A DNA stretch of 64,000 bases. It comes from Macrostomum lignano. Taxonomy: Eukaryota. Below the pieces are notes generated by a model, which searched no databases, was not told the origin of the DNA, and saw only the letters and a program-made list of their open reading frames with translations. This document shows, piece after piece, positions 1 to 31,300 of the stretch; positions within the stretch are counted from its first letter, which is position 1, and every line of letters begins with the position of its first letter. The stretch covers positions 62,001-126,000 of the forward strand of contig NIVC01000169.1 of the NCBI GenBank assembly GCA_002269645.1, given 5' to 3'. A program made the position numbers and the translations under genes.

Positions 1-516
1 TCCGTCTGACTTTGACCTCTCCTTATTGCTCTCTCATTGGCTAAGCTGGGCCTGCCCCCCACCCCTAGGCCTAGTTTCGTCCGTCTGACCCTGACCTCTC
101 CAGCTCCTTGCTGCTCTCTCATTGGCTGAGCTTGATTTGGCCTTCCCCCAGTTTTCGTTTATCCTGCTCACTTGTATACATCGAGTTCAATGCTTGCTGT
201 TCATTTTTCGTTCCTGAGGCCACAAACTCCCGAGGAAGGAAAGGAAATTTCAAGCTGCTACATTAAATTTAAATGACACTACGCAGACAAACTACTGAGA
301 GCTTATATAACTTTTGACAACTTTAATTGCATAATTGCATAACATATCAGGTTTTTTTATCTATTAGCTGTGGCATCAAAATGCAGATTCACTTTTTCAA
401 GCAATTACTCGAATTTGGTTTCTAAGAATCTCAGGTAATTTAGCCCAAATCTTCATCTCAAATAAGTCCGCTCAATTGCAGAATATTTCGGTGCCAACCT
501 CTCTCCACTCCCTTAC

Positions 517-18578
<18,062 letters not shown>

Positions 18579-19417
18579 CGCAGCGGCTGTTGGAGCTTCG
18601 TGTCCGTAAATCAAAGCTTTCAAGACGTTTTTCTGTCTTTCTTCAATACCCCTTGATTGTCTGTAAATTATCTCAGATAAGTATAGTGTGCGTGGCGTTA
18701 GTATTCAAATACGATTCTCGTCAAAAAAGTAGTCCCTCTATTTTGCAAGTGAAAGACTAGCTATAGAAGCGTTTTATATACGAACCGCTGCGTTCATTCT
18801 CGGGGTACAGCTGTATATAGGATTTGCCCCTTGACGCCGCTTTGCCGCTTTTCGTCCAGGAGGGTACGAGAGGTGAAGAAAGGCGAATTTTGGGGTTTGG
18901 GTGGGTTGGAGGGAGACTTCGGGAAGGCCCCCCTGAAGGCTTAGCTTGGCGTATGCATGCAGTTGGTCCCTTTCTTATTTGCCCACCCTCCCAGCTGTAC
19001 AGAACTGCGCGCCTGCTACAAGAAGCAACCGGGGTTGGAATCGGTTCCGTCCTGCATGCGTTACGGCAATGCAACCAATTCAAGCGAAATTTCGCTTTAT
19101 GCACTGTTCGTTCCTCGGCGACGACCACCCCTGGCGCTCGCTCTCTCTCTCCCTTCTCGTTCGCTGTGCGTTAATCCTCTTTCGCATTTTCCTATTCCCT
19201 TCAGGTTGCATTTCCTTTTTCTTTCGTACAGGTTCGGATGCGTCCTTGCTGGTATTTTCCCTAGAGGGCAGCAGGCGCTACTGGCTGAATGGAGACTACA
19301 GATAGGGGAAAAAGGAAAAGAGCTTGTAGTAGGATACAGCTAAAGTATATACGAAGGCTTTGTCGGAGACCTCTGGATACATTGGACTGGAAACGGCCGC
19401 GGGCCGGCCGCACCAAA

Positions 19418-19500
19418 TCCATTTACACATGTAATTGGGTATCAAACTGCGACCTTCAAGTCGTGAGTCCGGTACGCTCTAACCATTAGGCTACAACCCC
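19418..19500 (-). mobile_element. tRNA-like SINE head (truncated copy)
   Basis: Reverse complement GGGTTGTAGCCTAATGGTTAGAGCGTACCGGACTCACGACTTGAAGGTCGCAGTTTGATACCC matches the heads of the copies at 34.4-34.7 kb and 35.7-36.0 kb. A-box-like sequence present, B-box degenerate. Confidence 0.6.
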
Positions 19501-20522
19501 TCCCCCGCCCAACGGAGGCAGACACGCTCTCACACAATCTTAACTGTTTTGAACTTTTGAAACAATACATACTTCTTGGCTTACAGGGTTTACTCCTTTT
19601 AATATTTTAATGAGGCATGGAAGTTTTGAAATAAAAAAATAAAGCCTACATGTAGGTGACAAAGCCCTTAATTGTGGAGCTCGATCGAGACCCAAACAAA
19701 AAAACAGAAATTAAAATAACATTCAATATATCATTATATCACTATACTGTCAAGTTAATTCATTCAACCACTGCTTGAAAATGCCACCTAAGAGCAGAAC
19801 CATATAACGCACAATTGATGTCGCATGGTACTCGTGTATTCCCATTTGCGTTGGTTGAGACGCAATGGCGTTTTGAGGGATACTTAACGTTGTGAATTGA
19901 GTCCAGATTTTTGCTCTTTTAACCTTTAACTTTTCCTTCAAAACAGGACTAGTTGCACTTTGAAGCAGTGATGCAACCAGAATTTCGGTGAGTGGGGCGG
20001 ATCATGGGGGGTTGGAGCTAGGGGGCCGGCGGCTTGTATTTTGGCGAAAATTCGCTTGACCCATGCATTATTATTTCCGGGTCTCGGCCGAACAGAGGCG
20101 GTTGCCCCTGCCTCCACCACTTGGTTTTACCACTGCTCTAGAGTTCGGTACGATCGCTAAACGCTACAGTCTACACATAATGGACTTACGTGCATACTAA
20201 GTATTTTTTCCAAAACGCGTATTTTAAATCCACCTTTTCTTCGAAATTGAGTATGGTCGGTAGGTGTCTGTCTTGTCTCGTATCTTCGAAAGTGTACCTT
20301 GCCCAATGACAAATCGGTCAAGCAGGCAGCAAATATATTATCATATTTAGGTTACGTATGATTCAAAAATTTTTAAACTTTAAGCTTTAGCTAAAAGTCA
20401 GTGTACAGTTGCTTCAATGTAGAAAGTTATACTATTTTGCCTTCCCTTACCTAGTAGGCCTACCCTAGATCAATCTCATTAATCAGTTTTTCAGTTACAC
20501 AACAAAGGCCTAATCAACAATT

Positions 20523-23500
20523 ATGATTGAACCAGAAACATTTCAAGAGGGTTTTATCTGTCCTATATGTGTTACAGATTGTTACAGTAGTGATAAGCTA
20601 TTAGAACACTTCCAAGCACAGCACAATGATACCACAGAAAGAACACACTATGATTTCAAACAGGATATTAAAGGTAAAGTTACTTTTAATAAAACTAAAA
20701 AACTAAACATTTATAGTTTTAGGAGAAAAAAGTAGGGTTTAGATTTTTATTATATTATATTTATGCCTTAAACTTAGTCTCTATTAATTATTAAATATAA
20801 TTTTATAATCTATCTTATTATTTACATTACAGATTAGAATTAGATTTATGCATTTTATAAATTAAATGGCTAAGTCTAAATGATTTATATAAAGAAAATC
20901 AAAGCATCTTTGTTTGAATTACAATTATAAAACTAATAATATTAGGCCTAATATTAAACAAAATATGAATAACTACATTTTATATTATAACTATATTCTA
21001 AATCTTAAAGTTTATTATTAAAAGCCTATGCCTCTATAATAAGATAATGATTAAAAGCATCAAAGCCTTTGGTAAGAAGGGATGTCAAAATAAACTACAT
21101 ATAACCTATATAGGTAAATATATTGTTATGCATTATAATTATATATATTCTCTACACCATAAAGGTTGGCTTTCATGGCTATGAATCATAGAGTCATAAA
21201 GATAATATACAATGGTAGCACAGAACCTTCAATTAGAAAGGCAATGGTTAAGTGGTTATTGCTTTTGTCCTAGCAACAAATTTTTAGAATTAAAGTAATT
21301 CACTATAATATTAAACTCTTACAAAAATTTATAACTAACTACATGGTACTTAACCAATGGCAGGATTGGAGGATAAGCACCTCCTAAGGGGATGGGAAGA
21401 TAGTCACTTAGGGCTATAGTCCCCTTTGCCCTTACCTATGCAATTATTAATAATAAAAAAAATAGTTTTTAACTTGTTCTCTTTCTAATGAACATAAATA
21501 ATTGGTTAATAAATAGAAATAAAATTAAACTTTTATTATTAGAAACTTTCTATTTTATAGTAAAACATTTGCTAATTTGATTATAACTCATCTTAGACAT
21601 GCTTTGCCTTAAAAACTAGAATTTATAATAATAAGCCTTTAATACTTTGCTTGTATGACTAATACAAATGATTATGTAGGTCTATTATGATATCTAGTGT
21701 ATATTTGACATGTTTTTGCTTTATTTAGTTTTTAAAAAATTGTTTTGCATTTGAAGCTACCTATAGCAACCAGCAAAGCATTTGCTTGGGGGGGGGGGGC
21801 AGAGCAGCTCAGAGGCAATTGTCTAATTGTTTTGTAAATTGTGCCATAACTCTTAGTTGGATGCTGTGTATGGTCAGACTAATTTGGGGGAGGGGGTGTT
21901 TTGCAATTGAGGGTCGACCCCTGAGGCACACAAAGTGTACATGCCTGACGATTAGAAAGTCAGGGCTGCTGTACACCCTGTGTGAGCGAGTGCGTCAGTG
22001 CATGCTTGGTTGTGAGAGGATGTGGAAGGCCTGCAACCCTCCTGTAATAATTATTATCATGTCTATAAGGCTATTACTAACTTTTTTGTTTCCAAATTGT
22101 TTATTTAAAACGCAGCGCTTCTTGGCAAGACAAAGACCCTATTTAGCAAGGAAGCGTCTCAACCTTCATCGTCTTTGTCTGGTAGCAGCCAGGCGTCGGC
22201 TAGACGCAGCGGGGCTGGCAGCAGCAGCTTGTCGCAGACCAACAGGCAGCAGCAGCAGCAGCAACAACAAAAAAAGTTTCCCTACTATGAAGATCCAAAC
22301 AGTTTTCAAGCGCCCGGCATTACTCGCCAACTGACCCGACAGTTTAAGGAGGCCCGCCTGGCCAAGATGACTAGCAAGGAGACGCAGACCAATAAACTAC
22401 TGCTGCGATTGGACAGGCTTATCAGCGAGGGGCCTTTGGATCCAAAGCAGCGAAAGGGTAAGGCTGGATTTGGCTGTGTTCATTTTTCTTCTATTTGTTA
22501 TTGTCTGGCCAATTTACACCCACCGGTTGCTACTGGCAACGTGTGCACTCGCATAATTCACTCTGTAAGAGAAAAATAATATTAAATACGAGCGTTTTAT
22601 TTAATTATTTAAGTCTGGCGCAGGGGAAGCACGAGAATTTCCCGTAGCAAGCTTTTCCCGCGAGAGGTTATCCTACAGGGGTTTCCAGTAGGAATTTCAA
22701 GTCAAATCCAGTCAGTAGACTATACTAGACTAAATTAGAGCTAGAATAGAATAGACTATAGCTATATTAGACTATATTAGAACTAGACTAGAATAGACTA
22801 GACTATACTAGACTAAATTAGAGCTAGAATAGAATAGACTATAGCTATATTAGACTAGATTAGAACTAGACTAGAATAGACTAGCCTATACTAAACTAGA
22901 TTAGAGCTAGAATAGAATAGACTATAGCTATATTAGACTAGATTAGAACTAGACTATAGCTATATTAGACTATATTAGAACTAGACTAGAATAGAATAGG
23001 CTATAGCTATATATAGCCTATTCTATAATATTTCTCTAATATTAATCTAGTTCAAATATTAGACTAGATTAGAACTAGACTAGAATAGAATAGACTATAG
23101 CTATATTAGACTATATTAGAACTAGACTAGAATAGACTAGACTATACTAGACTAGAATAGACTAGACTATACTAGACTAAATTAGAGCTAGAATGGAATA
23201 GACTATAGCTATATTAGACTAGATTAGAACTAGACTAGAATAGACTAGACTATACTAGACTAAATTAAAGCTAGAATAGAATAGACTATAGCTATATTAG
23301 ACTAGATTAGAATAGACTATAGCTATATTAGACTAGATTAGAATAGACTATAGCTATATTAGACTAGATTAGAATAGACTATAGCTATATTAGACTAGAC
23401 TAGAATAGACTATAGCTATATTAGACTAGATTAGAACTAGACTAGAATAGACTGGACTATACTAGACTAGAATAGAACTAGACTAGAATAGACTGGACTA

Positions 23501-26500
23501 TACTAGACTAGATTAGAACTAGACTAGAATAGACTATAGCTATACCTGTTTGCCTGTTTAACTGCTGTTTTTCTTGCTTGTCTATCTGTTTCTTGTTGTC
23601 TGGTTCTCATGACTCCTATGTCATATCTGGTCTGCCTGTTTCTGCCATTCCACCTGTCCCCATGTCCCTCACCTGGCAGAGTTCGAGCAGTCCATAGTCT
23701 ACTGGGCGCCAGACGTGGACGTGCCCCTGTGCCCGCATTGCGGCCTCCGGTTCCTGCCGCTGGCCCGTCGCCGACACCACTGCCGCCTGTGCGGCGCCGT
23801 CCTGTGCGCCGCCTGCAGCCTCTTCCTGCCCTACAAGCTGGCGCGAGTGCTCACTGCGCCACCCGCCGACGATGGCGACAGCGCTGATGCTGCCGCAGCC
23901 ACGGCTCCCGGGCTCGGCTTTATCCAACGATCTGGCTCCGAGTCGTCGCTTCACTCGCTGCTGACAGCGGCGGTTGTGAGCGGAGGCGGCGGCAGCGGCG
24001 GTAAGAAGCTGAGCTTCAGCAGAGCAACAGTTGGGTGTTTTCTTAATGTAAAAATGATGGTGTGGCTTCGGGAAGTAATAATCATAATTGCGGAAGGGCT
24101 GCGAGCACCTTGGCGCGCAATGATTTTGGCTATAACGCCTCATCTCGCTGAGTCCTGAGCACATGCACACGCTCACACGGGGTGTACATCGGCACTGACT
24201 TTCCAAACGTCAGTAATATCTAGACGGCACAAGATCTTATTAAGTCGCAGCAAAACAAAAGTGGATTAAGCCTCTCTGTGAATAATGATTCGCATTCCCA
24301 TGTCCAGTTTGAACCAATTAACTTGCACCATAGACTAACTGTACTGATCGACAGATGCTTCTTCAATAGCGATATAGCTGCATGGTTTGTATAGCCTGTT
24401 TTTTTTATCGTTATGGTTGTAGCTTAGCTAAAACAGTTAGTAACTCTTACTTATTTGCTGGCGAGGCAATTATTTTATTGAAGCAAGGTTAGGTTACTCC
24501 TGCCGTTTACCCTGCGATATAAAAATAATCAGGTTCGAATTCGTCTCGCGAAGCCCTTGTAATCCGCGTCTGTCCGGACTGTCGCGACTGTCTGGAGTTT
24601 CGCCGGCATCGGTCGGCAGCCAGGCAGCAATCAACTCTGATGCCGGCTTCTCCAATTAGCGAACTGTACAGACAGATGCGAGTTGCTTTGCTCAAGGCTG
24701 GCGATCTGTTGTCCGAGTACGAGCCAATGGCGGCTTCGCTTAGGCGAGGCGAAGATTCTTATAATTTGGCGCACGTGTCCGAGCTCAGGATGCAGATTAG
24801 GCAGCTGCTGGATCAGGTGAGCAGTCTGTAGCAGTAATGTAGATACTGTTCTGTAATCTAGATACTGTACTGTAATCTAGATACTGTACTGTAATCTAGA
24901 TACTGTACTGTAATCTAGACACTGTACTGTAATCTAGATACTGTACTGTAATGTAGATACTGTACTGTAATGTAGATACTGTACTGTAATATAGATACTG
25001 TACTGTAATATAGATACTGTACTGTAATTTAGATAGTGTACTGTAATGTAGAAACTGTACTGTAATCTAGATACTGTACTGTAATTTAGATAGTGTACTG
25101 TAATTTAGATACTGTACTGTAATGTAGATACTGTACTGTAATCTAGATACTGTACTGTAATGTAGAAACTGTACTGTAATTTAGATAGTGTACTGTAATG
25201 TAGAAACTGTACTGTAATGTAGATACTGTACTGTAATCTAGACACTGTACTGTAATGTAGATACTGTACTGTAATGTAGATACTGTACTGTAATCTAGAT
25301 ACTGTACTGTAATCTAGATACTGTACTCTAATTTAGATAGTGTACTGTAATTTAGATACTGTACTGTAATGTAGATACTGTACTGTAATCTAGACACTGT
25401 ACTGTAATGTAGATACTGTACTGTAATGTAGATACTGTACTGTAATCTAGATACTGTACTGTAATGTAGATACTGTACTGTAATCTAGACACTGTACTGT
25501 AATTTAGATACTGTACTGTAATGCAGATACTGAACTGTAATCTAGATACTGTACTGTAATGTAGATACTGTACTGTAATCTAGACACTGTACTGTAATTT
25601 AGATACTGTACTGTAATGTAGATACTGTACTGTAATCTAGATACTGTACTGTAATGTAGATACTGTACTGTAATGTAGATACTGTACTGTAATCTAGATA
25701 CTGTACTGTAATGTAGATACTGAACTGTAATCTAGATACTGTACTGTAATGTAGATACTGTACTTTAATGTAGATACTGAACTGTAATGTAATGTAGAGA
25801 CTAATGTAATGTAGATACTGTATTTTACATATAGATGCTCCTCTGTATATGTGGGCACAGCACTCTTCTCTATTATTCTCCGATACGGCATTTAACCTGG
25901 TGGTCCGTTCGAAACGCGCAAAATTTGTATGACTTGGTTCAAAAGTTGTTGCGTCATTCGTCAAAGTATAAATATATTCTTTCACCAAAGAAAATACGAA
26001 ACTCGCCTACTTTAAGTAGCATAGCTAGGATGCGTTAGCTAGCATTCTATCGTCTAAAATTGCTTTATTCCAAATTCGCACAGATCGACGCCGTCAGTCT
26101 GCGCATAGCCAGCCTGAGCGCCAGGGCGCAGACGCCGGACCCGGACGAGGCCTCGGACAACACGGCCGGCTTGCAAAAGCAGCTGCGCCAACAGCAATTG
26201 GCCAAGGAGGCTCGGGTTGAACGAGCAATCCGAGCCTATGCTGTTGCTTTTGTACGCGAAGGCCTCCTGATTGTCGCCTGCCTGCCGACCCCCGACCAGC
26301 TGCGGGAGCTGCGGGCTCAGCGGGCCGAGCAGCAGCGTCGGGAAGCCGAGGCCAGGCGCGCCGCCGCCGCCGCCAAGGAGCAGCAGCAGCGGTCACGTGC
26401 CGCTCCCCCGCCAGCGCCGCCTCCGCCACCGCCTCCGCAGGGCGCCTTCGTGGCGGCCACGGCGCGTCGCCGACCAGCAGCGGCCGTCGGGACCGGCGCG

Positions 26501-26824
26501 GACGAAGAAGCGGCGGACCCGCTGCTCGAGCAGATTGGCAACCTGCGCGACTTCATCGACCAGGCCAGGCAGGCCGGCCGCGCTGACGAGGTTCGCGCGC
26601 TGGAGGCCAACCTGGCTGAGCTGCTGGCCGAGCTGCACGCCAGGCAGGAGGCGGAGCGGCGACAGGCGAACGCCGCTGCCAACAAGCCGCCGGCCCCGCC
26701 GCCGCCGCCGCCGCCGAGGAATCCCTTCGAACCGGAAGTTCGCGTAGCCGCCAATCCCGGTTCAAACCCGTTCGAAACGGAAACAGACGAAGTTGAGTAC
26801 AGGGGCGTTAATCCATTCGATTAG
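20523..26824 (+). CDS. RBSN: Rabenosyn-5 (FYVE-domain Rab5/Rab4 effector), 5 coding exons, about 612 aa
   Basis: Exons 20523-20673, 22116-22457, 23680-24000, 24533-24816, 26084-26824, all GT-AG with matching phases. N-terminal C2H2 finger (EGFICPIC..LLEHFQAQH), TNKLLLRLDRL, FYVE (WAPD..CPHC..RRHHCRLCGAVLCAAC..RVCPDC), MAASLRRGEDSY, Rab-binding helix pair DPLLEQIGNLRDFIDQARQAGRADEVRALEANL, three C-terminal NPF motifs. Confidence 0.95.
21785..22030. mobile_element. Second (inverted, CpG-decayed) copy of the 15.6-kb dispersed repeat, in rabenosyn intron 1
   Basis: GGCACACAAAGTGTACATGCCTGACGATTAGAAAGTCAGGGCTGCTGTACACCCTGTGTGAGCG aligns to the reverse complement of about 15640-15715. Confidence 0.65.
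22713..23543. repeat. AT-rich degenerate pentamer satellite (ACTAG/AATAG/ATTAG with CTATAGCTATA palindromes)
   Basis: Direct reading; rabenosyn intron 2. Confidence 0.9.
24833..25822. repeat. Tandem minisatellite, 19-nt unit, about 51 copies
   Basis: Unit AGATACTGTACTGTAAT(C/G)T; starts about 17 nt after the donor at 24817. Confidence 0.97.
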
Positions 26825-27045
26825 GCAGATTAACTATAGCCGTGCGAATGAGTTGCTGGAAAAATCCAAATAATTATCGGTTAGAAATTCTTCCAAACTA
26901 AGAAAACCCTGAAAAAAACATTTAAAAGATTTAGCGTGTGAGCTTGTGTGGGAGTGCGTGCCTGTGTGCAGTACGTCTGTTTTGATTTTTTGTATGATCC
27001 AGTCACCAGTCCAGTCCAGTCCAGTAGTCCTGACCTCCCTGGTCC

Positions 27046-27700
27046 TTCAGTGACCCCCTCCACAGCCCCCTGATCTTTCAGTGACCCCCTTCCTCCATAG
27101 CCCCCTGATCTTTCAGTGACCCCCTTCCTCCACTGCCCCCTGATCTTTCAGTGACCCCCTTCCTCCACTGCCCCCTGATCTTTCAGTGACCCCCTTCCTC
27201 CACAGCCACCTTTTTTTCGTTGACCCCCTTCCTCCACTGCCCCCCGATCTTTCAGTGACCCCCTTCCTCCACAGCCACCTTTTTTCGTTGACCCCCTTCC
27301 TCCACTGCCCCCCCCCCCGATCTTTCAGTGACCCCCTTCCTCCACTGCCCCCCGATCTTTCAGTGACCCCCTTCCTCCACAGCCACCTTTTTTTCGTTGA
27401 CCCCCTTCCTCCACAGCCCCTGATCTTTCAGTGACCCCTTTCCTCCACTGCCCCCCTGATCTTTCAGTGACCCCCTTCCTCCACTGCCCCCCTGATCTTT
27501 CAGTGACCCCCTTCCTCCACTGCCCCCCGATCTTTAAGTGACCCCCTTCCTCCACTGCCCCCCCGATCTTTCAGTGACCCCCTTCCTCCACTGCCCCCGA
27601 TCTTTCAGTGACCCCCTTTCTCCACTGCCCCCGATCTTTCAGTGACCCCCTTTCTCCACTGCCCCCATACTTCAGTGACCCTTCCTCCACAGCTCCGATC
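27046..27700. repeat. Tandem minisatellite, about 34-36 nt unit
   Basis: Unit GATCTTTCAGTGACCCCCTTCCTCCACTGCCCCC. Confidence 0.92.
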
Positions 27701-28335
27701 CTTCAATTACCGCTTTTTGGTAGTCTTTCTACTTAAAGTAGCACTGAAGAAGATCTGTTAAAACAAAGGCAACAGGTCTTAACTATATCAAACATCAAAA
27801 AAGTTCATTCATATAGTTTGGATCTCTCTGTAGCGAAGATCACCCTCTCTCTGATGGATAGATTTTTATGAAATTAGTTCATTTGGCTATCGCATTGTAA
27901 ATTGCACTGCACTGTTTATTTGTGATTAATTTTCCTTATTATATATGCCTACATGTATATGCTCCTATAGAAACCTTAAAGCACAGTATTTCTGTCAGTC
28001 AATTCACATTTTATTCTTTATATACTATTTGGCAGATGTGATTTGAACAAAAATTGGTCATTATTACTCAAACATTTTAACGATTTTCTCTCAAAGTGTA
28101 TTCTAAATTTAACCAGTCAATGCGCCACCTCATCAAACTGATTATGCATGCTTTATGATAATTAGCAGGGCGCTGAATTCTTGCTTCTGTTAAAATTTGC
28201 TTACAGTTGCTTTCAATTTTTCTTAATTATACTACCAACACATGGCTAACAGTAAAGCTAAGTGACTTACTATCACTTTTAATACTTAGTCACAAGTAAA
28301 TGTACATGTAGTCACTTGGCGTTAGTCACTTATCT

Positions 28336-31300
28336 ACAACTGGGTCATAGATAACTGATGCTTCAATGACCACAACTGGGTCATAGATACCGATGCTACC
28401 ATGACCACAACTGGGTCATAGATACCCGATGCTTCAATGACCACAACTGGGTCATAGATAACCGATGCTTCAATGACCACAACTGGGTCATAGATACCCG
28501 ATGCTTCAATGACCACAACTGGGTCATAGATACCCGATGCTTCAATGACCACAACTGGGTCATAGATAACCGATGCTTCAATGACCACAACTGGGTCATA
28601 GATACCGATGCTACCATGACCACAACTGGGTCATAGATAACGATGCTTCAATGACCACAACTGGGTCATAGATAACCGATGCTTCAATGACCACAACTGG
28701 GTCATAGATAACGATGCTTCAATGACCACAACTGGGTCATAGATAACCGATGCTTCAATGACCACAACTGGGTCATAGATAACCGATGCTTCAATGACCA
28801 CAACTGGGTCATAGATAACCGATGCTTCAATGACCACAACTGGGTCATAGATAACCGATGCTACCATGACCACAACTGGGTCATTTAATAACCGATGCTA
28901 CCATGACCACAACTGGGTCATAGATAACCGATGCTTCAATGACCACAACTGGGTCATAGATACCGATGCTTCAATGATCACAACTGGGTCATAGATAACC
29001 GATGCTACCATGACCACAACTGGGTCAAAGATAACCGATGCTACCATAACCACAACTGGGTCATAGATAACCGATGCTACCATGACCACAACTGGGTCAT
29101 AGATACCCGATGCTACCATGACCACAACTGGGTCATAGATAACCGATGCTACCATGACCACAACTGGGTCATAGATACCCGATGCTTCAATGACCACAAC
29201 TGGGTCATAGATACCCGATGCTTCAATGACCACAACTGGGTCATAGATACCCGATGCTACCATGACCACAACTGGGTCATAGATAACCGATGCTACCATG
29301 ACCACAACTGGGTCATAGATAACCGATGCTACCATGACCACAACTGGGTCATAGATAACCGATGCTACCATGACCACAACTGGGTCATAGATACCCGATG
29401 CTTCAATGACCACAACTGGGTCATAGATAACCGATGCTTCAATGATCACAACTGGGTCATAGATAACCGATGCTACCATGACCACAACTGGGTCATAGAT
29501 AACCGATGCTACCATGACCACAACTGGGTCATAGATAACCGATGCTTCAATGACCACAACTGGGTCATAGATAACCGATGCTTCAATGACCACAACTGGG
29601 TCATAGATAACCGATGCTTCAATGACCACAACTGGGTCATAGATAACCGATGCTACCATGACCACAACTGGGTCATTTAATAACCGATGCTACCATGACC
29701 ACAACTGGGTCATAGATAACCGATGCTTCAATGACCACAACTGGGTCATAGATACCGATGCTTCAATGATCACAACTGGGTCATAGATAACCGATGCTAC
29801 CATGACCACAACTGGGTCATAGATAACCGATGCTACCATGACCACAACTGGGTCATAGATAACCGATGCTACCATGACCACAACTGGGTCATAAATAACC
29901 GATGCTACCATGACCACAACTGGGTCATAAATAACCGATGCTACCATGACCACAACTGGGTCATAAATAACCGATGCTACCATGACCACAACTGGGTCAT
30001 AGATAACCGATGCTACCATGACCACAACTGGGTCATAAATAACCGATGCTACCATGACCACAACTGGGTCATAGATAACCGATGCTACCATGACCACAAC
30101 TGGGTCATAGATAACCGATGCTACCATGACCACAACTGGGTCATAGATAACCGATGCTACCATGACCACAACTGGGTCATAGATACCCGATGCTTCAATG
30201 ACCACAACTGGGTCATAGATAACCGATGCTTCAATGATCACAACTGGGTCATAGATAACCGATGCTACCATGACCACAACTGGGTCATAGATAACCGATG
30301 CTACCATGACCACAACTGGGTCATAGATAACCGATGCTTCAATGATCACAACTGGGTCATAGATAACCGATGCTACCATGACCACAACTGGGTCATAGAT
30401 AACCGATGCTTCAATGACCACAACTGGGTCATAGATACCCGATGCTACCATGACCACAACTGGGTCATAGATACCCGATGCTACCATGACCACAACTGGG
30501 TCATAGATAACCGATGCTACCATGACCACAACTGGGTCATAGATACCCGATGCTTCAATGACCACAACTGGGTCATAGATAACCGATGCTTCAATGATCA
30601 CAACTGGGTCATAGATAACCGATGCTACCATGACCACAACTGGGTCATAGATAACCGATGCTACCATGACCACAACTGGGTCATAGATAACCGATGCTTC
30701 AATGATCACAACTGGGTCATAGATAACCGATGCTACCATGACCACAACTGGGTCATAGATAACCGATGCTTCAATGACCACAACTGGGTCATAGATAACC
30801 GATGCTACCATGACCACAACTGGGTCATAGATACCGATGCTACCATGACCACAACTGGGTCATAGATAACCGATGCTACCATGACCACAACTGGGTCATA
30901 GATAACCGATGCTTCAATGACCACAACTGGGTCATAGATACCCGATGCTACCATGACCACAACTGGGTCATAGATAACCGATGCTACCATGACCACAACT
31001 GGGTCATAGATAACCGATGCTACCATGACCACAACTGGGTCATAGATAACCGATGCTACCATGACCACAACTGGGTCATTTAATAACCGATGCTACCATG
31101 ACCACAACTGGGTCATAGATAACCGATGCTTCAATGACCACAACTAGGTCATTTAATATCCGATGCTACCATGACCACATCTGGGTCATTTGATAACCGA
31201 TACTACCATGACCACAACTGGATAATTTATTAACCGATGCTACCATGACCACAACTGGGTCATAGATAACCGATGCTACCATGACCACAACTGGGTCATA

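Noticed and set aside
187-213. Putative final alpha2delta exon (ERKMNSKH*)
   Set aside because: It lacks the expected E..CG motif and hydrophobic GPI signal in any frame; the true last exon is more likely outside the window, though this cannot be settled here.
19418-19500. Possible tRNA-Val(CAC) gene
   Set aside because: Degenerate T-arm/B-box and shared with SINE heads at 34.7 and 35.7 kb; treated as a SINE-derived pseudo-tRNA.
26094-26765. Multiple overlapping ORFs on both strands over GC-rich exons (also 4.5-6.8, 23.6-24.2 and 49.8-50.2 kb)
   Set aside because: Shadow ORFs expected from high GC content of the real exons.
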